This document shows, piece by piece, positions 1-10,255 of a stretch of DNA of 43,543 nt. Made by a program: the position numbers and the translations under genes. The notes under the pieces were generated by a model. That model ran no database searches. It was not told where the DNA came from and worked only from the letters and a program-made list of their open reading frames with translations. The DNA lies in the sequence record SRR20825019_2054; one strand, given 5' to 3'. The stretch's first letter is position 1. Each line of letters begins with the position of its first letter.

Positions 1-36
1 GTCCCTGTCCCTGTCCCTGTCCCTGTCCCTTTCCCT
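1..36 (-). repeat. Coding hexamer repeat (AGGGAC)n encoding Arg-Asp dipeptides
   Basis: gtccct is repeated five times from position 1 and is in frame with the cyclophilin C-terminal RD tract. Confidence 0.85.
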
Positions 37-1586
37 ATCACGCCAGGAACCCCGGTCACGATCACTGCCTTGATGCCGGTCACGGGCCCAGCGGTCGCCG
101 CGATCGTAGCGGTCTCCCCCTCTGCGATCGTATGGGTGGTACCTGCCTTCACCTCGACGCTCGCCGTCTTTTGGGGGTGTCCTGTACCTTTTGAATCTAT
201 TGTATTCTGCACCGATGTGTAAGAGATAGCGAAAAATCATACGTGTGAATAGGAGACTACATACCTGATGTATAGCCTCTGCCCTTACGGGTGATGCCGT
301 CAGGCCCGGGTTTCGGTGGAGATTTCTTGCGAATAGGCGATGGCGACCGCGAAGGTGACTTGGAACGGGAAGATGAGCGATCGCTGCCTCTTTTCCGCAT
401 TTCCTTCTTTGCCTTTTTGGCTTCCTTCTTTGCGCGTTTTTTCTCCTTTTTGGCTTCCTTTTTTGCCTTTTTCGCTGCCTTCTTCTCCTTCTTGCGCGCG
501 CGTTTACGCTCTTCAGAAGAGTCCGTAGATGAGCCTGAGGATGAGTCGGACCTCGAAGACGAGCCAGACGAACGGGAGCGCGATCTTCTCTTCGAGCGAC
601 CTCTGCCCTTCGGAGAGCGAGAGCGTGAAGACCCACTGCTGCTTCTAGAAGAACTTGAAGAAGAGCGTTTTCGGCGCTTCTTGGAATCATCTGGAAATGT
701 TATGAGTTATTCTGTCGTTCGTGAGAGTAGACAATGACATTCCCATGCTTCTATGAAATATTGCCAAACTTATTGCCCCACCATACGCAAGATTTGGCGC
801 AGTGCACACGCAACAAAAATCAAGGCCCTTGGCCCCCTCAGTCCTACCAACTAAAATAACATTTACGACATGAAACTCACCGACACGAACAAGTTCTCCA
901 CAGTTTGATATGGTAATATCAGAGAGAGGCTTGTCCTTTGAGTCGGTCGGCTGGGCCTCAATGGATGTAACGAACTCCATTCCATCAATCACCTGACCAA
1001 ATACAACGTGTTTTCTGCAGCAAAACCCTTGTCAGACAAGAGAGAGCAGTAAAAATTAAGAAACTCACCCATCTAGGTGAGGTGTGGGTCGGGTGATTAT
1101 GAAGAACTGTGAACCGTTGGTGTTGGGTCCAGCATTTGCCATGGAAACCAAGCCCGGTTTGTTATGTGTCAGTTTGAAAGACTCATCGGCAAATTTCCCT
1201 CCATAAATGCTTTCTCCTCCAGTCCCATTGCGATTACTAAAGTCTCCAGACTGAAGCATAAACTTCTTGATCACACGGTGGAAGAGGGTGCCCTTGTACG
1301 TAAGGGGCTTCTTCGTGGTTTTACCAATACCCTTCTCACCTACGAAATATGTGAGCACCACACTCTTCTTCCCTTGTTTTCTAGCTTTTCTACCTGTACA
1401 AAGGCACCTGAAATTCTCGGCAGTCTTAGGCGCGACATCAGAAAACAACTGAATTTTGATGCGACCAAGGGGCGTGTTGCCTATATCAACATCAAGAAAT
1501 ACCACAGGACCTTTTCCCATCTCGGGCCTACTCTTGACACCTGAACAATTAATAGGATCCCAATTCTTTGAAGCGGTACCAATCAT
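1..1586 (-). CDS. PPIG: Cyclophilin-type PPIase with C-terminal RS/RD domain (PPIG/plant CYP63-like); 3' end runs off the window
   Basis: Spliced translation gives the cyclophilin core ([73 protein letters not shown]). It continues into SRSRSP/Lys-rich tracts, [20 protein letters not shown] (resembling the CYP63/PPIG KGRG..RYRTP motif) and RD repeats. GT-AG introns at 1393-1340, 1068-1015, 880-691 and 264-207, plus a probable one at 1579-1541. Start is ATG 1586 or 1520. Confidence 0.9.
695..830 (-). ncRNA. Candidate intronic box H/ACA snoRNA-like RNA
   Basis: Lies inside the only long intron (190 nt). It shows a hairpin at 798-763, ATAGAA (ANANNA) at 754-749, a second stem-pocket-stem hairpin, and ACA at 700-698 followed by TTT. 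The 5' boundary is approximate. Confidence 0.3.
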
Positions 1587-1714
1587 AGCCAAGTCGGAGG
1601 ACACGGAGATGCGTGAACAGGCTCGGCTATGCCCTGGTGGAGTCACAAGTCCCCACTTTGGCAGGCAGTGGGCCCAGCTGTACCTGCGTGTGATTTTCGA
1701 GCGAGTTGTGCGTG

Positions 1715-2260
1715 GTTGGGCCCGGGCCCATCTGCGGGCCGCGCTCCATTGACCTGTACTGGGCTGCGGCCGGGTCCGGCCGGTCCACCGTGAGGCGCCG
1801 GCCCCCCGGCCCGGCGCGACGGATGGCCGCGCCCGCCCCGCCGGGCCGCGACCCTGACCCGCGCCCCGCCGGGCGCCGGCCGGGCCGGCGCGGGCCCGGC
1901 GGGCGCGGCACGGCGGCGGCCCACCCTACCACCGGCTGATCAGTGACGGCCCAGGCCGCCACGACGCCCGGGGGCGGGCTGGCCTGCGCGACGGCCGCGA
2001 CTGATCGACGATCCGATCAGATGATCCTCCTCGAAACGTGCCCTGATTACACCAGGGACCTGGACCCGGCGCTCACACGGCCGGGGCGTCACCGGTGGCG
2101 CGCGGTGGCGGCTACCTGGGCTGGCATTTGATCTGGAAAATGGCGCCAATCGCCGCGGAGGGGGGGTCCGGATCGGATGCCAGGGGACCGGCGGGGCAGT
2201 CTAATCGAGGCGTGAGTCCCGGCCCCGCCCCGCGCAGCCCAGCCAGCGAGCAGCAGGGCC
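1715..2260. promoter_or_regulatory. GC-rich island in the divergent cyclophilin/MSH6 promoter
   Basis: 59 of 60 bases at 1861-1920 are G/C, with dense GGCC/CCGG/GCGC words. It lies between oppositely oriented start codons. GCCAATCGCC occurs at 2145 and, just outside the island, at 2427. Confidence 0.7.
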
Positions 2261-2523
2261 TTCACAACCCGAGTGCAAACAAGGCCATCATGAGTGCTCC
2301 TCCGGATCCAGCATGTTCTAAACCATTGCGGAGAGGGGTGGCCATCGCCCACTCGAGTGGTCTACGTTCTGCGTACTAAGAACGAATAGAGTTCGTGATG
2401 AGTTGGGGGGAAGTCAAAGGCCTACGGCCAATCGCCTTTGAGGTGTGCCTCTAGGTTGCAAAAGCAGCAGTGGTGACAGGACTTCCGTATATAGTTCTGC
2501 GTGCAACAGTCCTCACTCTTATA

Positions 2524-2550
2524 AGAGAGAGAGAGAGAGAAAGAGAGAGA
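2524..2550 (+). repeat. (GA)n microsatellite immediately upstream of the MSH6 ATG
   Basis: agagagagagagagagaaagagagaga ends about 8 nt before ATG 2558. Confidence 0.85.
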
Positions 2551-2557
2551 TCGAGTC

Positions 2558-5500
2558 ATGGGCCACTCCAAATCTCCCTCGGCCCCTAAACAAGCAAACT
2601 CTATCCTGTCTTTCTTTGGAAAGCAGGGTTCGGTCACCAAAGCATCTTCTGCCTCTCCTTCGTCGCCTACCATTTTAACTCCTCCCTTGGAGAACAAGTT
2701 AGTAGTGGGCTATCAAGAGGGCTGTATGTCGCATGCTAACGTTTCATTAAGGACACTGCAACGGACCGGTAGCCGAATTACGGCCCCCACTCCTCCACAT
2801 GCATCCGGGGACACTCCCCAGACAAGGACTGGAGACACTGTCTTCATACGGAACTTGAACACCCGCGGGAAGGTTGTCAGGGTAGGTCAGACTACTAGTC
2901 GCAACAACTTTTGTACTTAAGTTTGGTTAGGTTATCCGCAACCATGAGGGAGACAAGGTCGCCTTTGTTCTAGCAGACAACGGAAAGGAAGTGGAGGGAA
3001 GTTGCTCGTTTGGTGTCGACTTTGACCACGTGCCCTGTCAAGAAACCACTTCTGGGACTGAGGGCCCTGTCAAAGTGGCGGCGACGCCTCAGACCCGCGA
3101 ACCGAGTGAGAGTGAAAAACAGCCCACCTGCGAGGAGAAATCAAAGAAGTCTAGCCTCACTGAGGAGCAGAGGAAGAGGATCGAGGAGAATAGACAAAAG
3201 GCCCTGCAGAAGCTTAACGCCAAGAAGGGTACTGTGTCTGGCCAGACGAAGCTAAACTTCTTTGGTGCCGGTGTCTCAGCTGCGGTGCCTGCTACCACGG
3301 AATCGGAGAAGCCCTCTGTGAGATCACCCCTTGCTAAGAAGGAGCCTGCTACGGTCTCGTCGGCTGAGAAGGCAGCGCCAAAGAAAGAGAACATAGATCC
3401 CGAGCCAAAGGTTTCACGAGCGGTGGAGGATGAGGATGACGGCCCTGTTGTAGGCAGACGTAAGCGTCGTCGAATCAATTATGTGGAGTCTGATGACGAA
3501 GATGACGATGTCAAGCCCCGCGGTGGTAGTGGCAAGGGGTGCCGCCGCGTCAAGAGGATTGATGATGATGACGAGGAGTACAACGCAGAACAGGAAGCCT
3601 CGGAGGAGAGTGAAGATGAGGTGGGTGTAGCGAGGTGTGTCAGGACTGGGCTTTGTAGTGACGAAACGTACGCGTAGGACGATGACGAGCCCTCGGACGA
3701 TGACGAATGTGACATCGAAGCATTGAAGCGCAAGGCCCGCGGCTCCCCCGAACCCAAGCCCAAGGGAGCTAAGCGTGCCAAGCAGGTCAAGCCAGCTCAA
3801 CGCAACAAACCCTCAAAAGAATCCACTCCAGAGCTCGTGGAGAATCCGACTCCTATCGTTCGCCGCCCTGCTCCAGCAGTTGTACCCGGTGAGATCAATG
3901 AAACCATGGACAGCTTCCGCGCTGGTAAAGACCCTGTGGAAGCAACGAATGTCAACACGCACAACTCCAATGCCAAGCAGGTAGCCAAGACCATGTTCAA
4001 TGACAAGGAAGAGGCCAAACGCGAAAAGGAGGCAAAGTTTCAGGAGAAAAACAAGGACCGTTATGAATGGCTCGTTGACATTCGCGATGCCGAAAAGCGG
4101 CGACCGGATAACCCTGACTACGACAAACGCACTTTGTACGTACCTCCCGCTGCATTCGCCAAACTGTCTCCGTTCGAGAAGCAATTCTGGGAGATTAAGG
4201 CCAAACACTTCGATACTGTAATTTTCTTCCGGAAGGGCAAGTTTTTCGAGCTTTACGAGAATGATGCAGATGTAGGTCACCAGGAGCTAGGACTCAAGTT
4301 AACGGATCGCGTGAATATGAGGATGGCTGGAGTGCCTGTTCCTAACTTTGAGATGTGGACCAGCAAGCTACTGGGCCTCGGATACAAGGTTGGAAAGGTT
4401 GAAGAGACGATGACCCGGGCGCAGATGGATAAAGCTGGAAAGTCCGGCATTGTCAAGCGCGAGCTCGTTCAAATCCTCACACAGTCAGTTCATGAAGTCT
4501 GCGACGCTGCAATGATGCTCACGTGTTTCGTGCAGGTCGACAATTGTTGATGTGGACATGATCCAGGCCGATCAATCGTCATACTGTATAGCAATCAAAG
4601 GTATGAGAAAGTTGCTGTCTCGTTCTTAAGTCTGCCGGTAACGGAATGCGCACAGAGGAGCCGCTGCAGTCACCTACAACCTCATCTGCGGTCAAGTATG
4701 GAGTATGTGTTGTTGAGCCAAGTACTGGAGAGATCTACCTAGGCGAGGTACAGTTGACCTGTTGCATGACGTTGTAAAGATAGCAGCGCCTGACGAGTTT
4801 CTGCAGTTTGAAGATGATTCACAGAGGACTCTTTTCCAGACCATGATCGTCCAGCTTCAGCCTCGTGAAATCCTTCATGAGAAGAGCCAGCTTTCTCGCG
4901 AGTCTACCCGAATCATTGTCAATAATGCCTCATCTGCTGCCGTCACAGCCATTAAGCCCGGAGCAGAGTTTTGGGCCAAAGACACAACCGTCGACGAGCT
5001 TCGCTACTCAGAGTACTTTTGCTCTTCAAGGGAGGATGTTGGATCTTCTGGCTGGCCCAAAGTCCTTTCGGAGGTGATTGCTTCTGATCAAGATTGTGCC
5101 CTCTCTGCCCTGGGCGCTTGTGTTTGGTATCTACGTGACTGCATGATTGATAAGGTATGGCGTAGACATCCACAGAGCATTGCCCTTACCCATAGTATCC
5201 AGGATGTAATTTCTATCGGTAATTTCCACCACTACCATGAGTTGTCGCGATCCTCTCGTTATCTCCATATGGATGGTCAGACACTCGTAAACTTGGACAT
5301 TCTGCAGAACAGCTTCACAGGCGACACTCAAGGGACTTTGTTGAAGCACTTGGACCAATGTTCGACTTCTTTCGGTCGCCGTCTTTTCCGCAAATGGATT
5401 TGTCACCCTCTACGTGATGCTCCTGCCATTAATGAACGTCTTGATGCGATCGAGGAGGTATGAGGGTCCATCACACCCCGGGCGTTCTCACACTGACGTT

Positions 5501-7362
5501 GTCGTGCCACATAATCAGCTTAGCGGAGAAGCCGTCGTCGTAGAGCATATGCTAGGAACGTTCCGTCGCATCCCCGATATTGAGCGCCTTTTGTCGCGCA
5601 TACACGCTGGCGCTGCGCGTATCGTTGACCTCATGAAGGTGGAAGAGGGCCTCAATGCGCTTGTTCAAGCCTTGGACTTAGTGGCAAATGAATTGGAAGG
5701 TGGTCAGTTCAAGTCAAGTCTGCTTTGCAAGCATTTTAAGGCTGCATCCGACCATGTTGTGTCTCGTCTTGAGCATTTTTCCAAGGCATATGATCACCAC
5801 CTTGCTAAGGAAAACGGACTACTCATCCCTCAACCTGGTATTGTCCCTGAATATGATGATATCATGGATACTATCAATGGAGCCGAGAAGGAGCTAGCCA
5901 GCTATCTTCAAGAGCAGAAGTCCGTGCTGAAGTGTAGCAAGATTGCTTTTAAGGATATCCAAAAGGAACCTTGGCAGATTGAGGTGCCCGAGGGTGTGAA
6001 AGTTCCGAACGAGTACCAGAAGATGTCCCAGGCAAAGGGTGTCAAGCGCTATTGGACCAGCTTTATTAAGACCCGTGTTTCCACCCTCGACGACGCGAAG
6101 GTAGGATATCTTGTGATCATCCCAATGTTTATTGTCTTACATCATGTACAGTTGGAGAGGGAGTCTGTTCGATCAGTCGTGCTCAAGAAACTTCTTGCTG
6201 ACTTCGACGTGGACTACAAAGCTTGGATGGATCTTACTCAGCGCTTCGCTGAGATTGACTGTTTGATCAGTCTCTCTCGGACATGCTCCCGTGGTGATGG
6301 TATGGGAAACATTTACAGTTTAGATCGGCCTTCCCACTAAATTTTGCAATGCAGGCCCGATGTGTCGCCCCCAGTTCGTGACTTCTCAAAACAGCAAGCC
6401 AGTCCTGGATGTAAAGGGTTTGCGCCACCCCATGGCAGCCCAGACAACTGATTTTATTGCGAATGACACGGTCCTTGGCGGCGCAGACTCACCTGTGGCT
6501 ATGATCCTCACTGGCCCCAACATGGGTGGCAAGTCGACCCTGCTGAGGCAGAACTGCATTGCTGTTATTATGGCCCAGTTGGGATGTTACGTTCCGGCAG
6601 AGTCTTGCCGTCTTTCTCCAGTCGATCGTATCTTCACTCGGATCGGGGCCAATGACCGCATTCTGGCAGGTCAGTCGACATTTATGGTGGAACTTGCTGA
6701 GACGTCCAATATCCTTCGTTACGCCACGAATGAATCTTTGGTTATTCTGGACGAACTGGTAAGCGTGCACAGATGGGTTATCTTGTCTTAGTCGTTGACG
6801 TGAAGACAGGGCCGGGGAACCAGCACATTTGACGGTTATGCCATTGCTCACTCCGTGCTGTCTCACATTGTTCGCGACATTGGATGTCGCACCATGTTTG
6901 CAACTCATTATCATATGCTTGCGGAGGAGTTCGAGAGCCAATCTGACCTTGTTGGCAATGGGCACATGGCCTGTCTGGTGGGTTGAGTTTGTGCAGTAGT
7001 AATTCTAAGACTCACATGTTCCCTAGCTGGAGGACAACAAGCGTGATGTCATTTTCCTGTACAAGCTTCAAAGCGGTATTTGCCCGAAGAGCTATGGACT
7101 CAATGTCGCCCGACTGGCCGGATTCCCTGAAGAGGTGCTCGACAAAGCGCAACTTGCAGCAGAGAACTTTGAGAACAATGAGAAGAGCCTCTCCACATAT
7201 GCCCGTAAGCGCTGTCACAATGCCACACAAGGACTCCCGGATACCGAGCGGGAAACGTTCAAGGTGCTGTACTACGAGTTGTTGGATACAACACGCATCG
7301 GCAGCAACCTCAGTCTGGATGTAATCAAGTCTTGGCAAGACAAGCTGAACGGGATGGCCTGA
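2558..7362 (+). CDS. MSH6: DNA mismatch repair protein MSH6 (MutS-alpha subunit), ~12 introns
   Basis: Contains [28 protein letters not shown] (MSH6-typical), the mismatch-binding GKFFELYE, Walker [43 protein letters not shown] and [11 protein letters not shown]. Introns include 2698-2751, 2882-2930, 3621-3677, 4484-4535 and 4601-4655. Stop TGA ends at 7362. Confidence 0.96.
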
Positions 7363-7520
7363 AGGAAATGGTTTAATCATACTTGACTAAATATGCTTTT
7401 CAAGATCAGTTTCTGGGCATAAGGGAGGCTCCATTGTAGTCGCAGTTTCGCGAGCGAACCCTGTCACAATATAACGCAGGCATAGCAGAAGTTACTGGAA
7501 TATGTCACGGGCGGTCGATC

Positions 7521-9365
7521 TTACTCGACTGCTCTCCATAGCTCGCTCCACTGCTTCTTCCAGTTCCTGCTAATCGAGTCACCGAATGCTACCATGTCAA
7601 GAACGATTACCCTTACGTGCAGTGATGAAAGAGCAGTTCCTGCTGCCTGCCGGACTGGCGTATGTTCAGGAGCATTGGTCTTGTGCTGGTATAGATCCTC
7701 CACTCTTGTGTCCAAGAATCCAGAAGCGGCGTGATTGACGGCTTCCTCAAACCTCTGAACCTGTCACGAGAATTGTTGGTTGTCAAAAATCACATTGTGT
7801 TGGGTGGCAGCGTAGACTAACGTCGTATGGATTGTTCACGTGTGAAGGCCGTTCGGGCGCCACGATGTTAAATAAGTCCGGATCTGAACTCTCTTCCTCT
7901 GGCCCCGCATTCCCTACGGGATCCTCCATAGACCGTCGATATTCTTGAAGCGCCAGGTGAATACAGTGCGCCATCGATATGGTTGCCGGCTGAAAACGGG
8001 ATCTATATTTGCTGAAGCTTGAACAGAGGACAAAACTCACCTTTCCCGTATTGGCCATTGACACAGCCGTGAGATGGGCGTCAATGACCAACTGGTATGT
8101 CTGACCAGTAGCGGTATCTGCTGTGAAAAGATCCACCCCAGCCTGGCAAGAAGAATGAGAATCGTGCCTCGAAATTGAGAAGCATCTTACTACCTCTTGG
8201 CAGATACTTCCAAGGACAGGGACACTGAGTGAGGTCTCTTTTTGGCCCCATCCGTACCCTTTCTTAGGAGTTTTGACCATATTGCCCTTTGACCTCATTA
8301 GTTGCCGGAGCTTCTTGACAAGGATTCCATGCATTTGCAACATGAACATCACTTCGTCTACTCCATAATCCAGACTCAGAAAGCTCGCGAGTAAGCCGAC
8401 CTCAAAATGCGAGTTGGCATATGCTTGAATGTTCTGTAGTAAGTCCCATCCCATCTAATGATGTGTAAACATAAACACAGCAAAAGCACCACCCGCCGTA
8501 CAAACCATGTGCACAATATTCTTCACGCCATATTTCTTGTCAAAGTAAGCTTTTGTCATAGTAGGAAAGTCTTCTTCTGCCTTCATGCCCTTAGCGCCCC
8601 CAGTAGGGGCCGTGCGGGAGTATATGTCACGAAGTTCACTTTCGATGTGGCTGAATATCTACAGAGATGTTAGAACCGCAAAGTGCGGGCTTGTCAGCAG
8701 CAACCCCCACCTCCTCGGCTATTTTAAGCACCCACACGACAGGTCTAACGTTTGGGACATAGTTTCTTTCGTCCAGAATCCCTAGTAGGGCGCAAAATCC
8801 TCCATATTTCATGGTTATATCCTCCAAAGAGAACGGCGTGTCAGTGGTGACAAAGTTCCTGGATCCCCTAGGTGTATGACTCCTATGAACGCTGCAATCA
8901 TCTTAGATTACGACTCGTGTATCACTTCTGCGACCTACCTTTGTGTAGAATTTTCAAGAGCATCATAATACATTGTCCCTCTTCGAAGCTGTGACTTCGT
9001 CGCAGAGGAAAGGCGCTTACCCTTCTGGGAAAGCAGCTGGCCTGACTGGTCATAAGGCTTAACCTGAAGCACCTCTTCAGTGCTACCAACAAGTAAATAT
9101 CATCACTGGAGCGGACCACTATTTTCGTACCCTTCGGGGCCTCTCAGCGTATTGCGCGGTCCCCTCACAATCCTCACGTCAGCTACATAGTTTCCAAGCT
9201 CGTCGAGCTCAAACTGCGAAAAGTTAGTTGAAGAGGAGCTGCTCCTCATGACATACTGACATGAATATTATTTGCTATAAGAACGTCATAATACTTCCTC
9301 CGCTGGGCTTCGTCAAGTTCAGACACACTCGAATACCACTGAGTTGGGGACAAGAGCCCGGACAT
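7521..9365 (-). CDS. Multi-exon hypothetical protein with a TSNAXIP1-like (translin-associated factor X-interacting) helical region; possibly flagellar
   Basis: A continuous spliced frame runs from ATG 9365 (MSGLLSPTQWY) to TAA 7521. The segment FPTMTKAYFDKKYGVKNIVHMMGWDLLQNIQAYANSHFEVGLLASFLSLDY resembles the TSNAXIP1-family pattern by eye only. Confidence 0.6.
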
Positions 9366-9479
9366 ACTTCAGTAGTACGCTCCTTGAGGACACGCACAGA
9401 CCTAAGCCTGAGTCACTGTATTTTATGGGCAGATGCCACAGGAAATCATCAAGCCCACAACCCAGCGCTAGTCACACGT

Positions 9480-9790
9480 GGCTACCGCCCACTACCGGCG
9501 ACACTCGCATGCACTGCGCGCACTGGGGTCGGTGACATCGGTGACCGGAGTGACGCGGGCCGCGACTGGGCCTCATCCCGCGGAGGCCCGAGTCACCGGC
9601 ACTCGCACCGCAGCACGGGCCGCGGGACGCCGCTGCTGGGCCGGGCTGAGTTCTCGGTCCCGGGAAGCGGCCGCCCAGTGGCGCGGCCGTCGCGGCCCGC
9701 CCGACGGGCGGGCGCCCTCCGGCCGGGCCCCCGGCCGGCGGCGGCCCGGCCGGCGCCGGCGCCGGAGCGCGGCTGGGCGGGGCCGGGATC
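9480..9790. promoter_or_regulatory. GC-rich island in the divergent hypothetical/eIF3c promoter
   Basis: 58 of 60 bases at 9721-9780 are G/C. GTGAC repeats occur at 9530-9560, and GCCAATC lies just downstream at 9903. Confidence 0.7.
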
Positions 9791-10255
9791 GTCTGTCCGA
9801 CAATCTCACCCCATCGAGATTGATAAGTCGGAAATTGAAATTCCCATATTAGAGGTCGAACCGCCCCAAAGCGCCCAGATTTGTGACCACCCACCACACA
9901 AAGCCAATCGAGCCGTCCGATAATACCGACAGCCGTCCGGGTCAGCAGACCAGCTGCATAGTCAGTGTTTGCGCCTACCACGATAGAATCATCAAGGGCA
10001 CTACAGAGAAGGCTATCCGTAGCCGTGAGTGTGGCAATGACATCGCTCCTTATCCTGTTCACTAGGCTTGAACAGCTCTGAAGCCCTTTCCGGCCGCAAT
10101 GGACCTGCGCTGACAAACTAGATGCACAAGAGTGCTCGACAACATACCGCTGCGGAACTAGTTTGGGACCGGGGAGGTGTAGTACAGATTCGTGAGGTCC
10201 TATCAATAAGTACATGTACACGCACAGCTGCGAAGATGTGAACGTTTAGGTTAAG

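Noticed and set aside
790-850. TPP riboswitch in the long cyclophilin intron (CTGAG word)
   Set aside because: The conserved CTGAT..TAAT..AGCG core is missing and the host gene is unrelated to thiamine.
2002-2028. Cluster of four GATC words
   Set aside because: It is a single short occurrence not repeated in the other promoter gaps, so it cannot be separated from chance.
1627-2379. Overlapping Pro/Arg/Gly/Ala-rich ORFs in the GC islands (also 9261-10221, 16432-17257, 20791-21994, 26093-26655)
   Set aside because: Stops are rare in near-pure GC sequence. The ORFs occur in all six frames, with no splice structure or homology signal.
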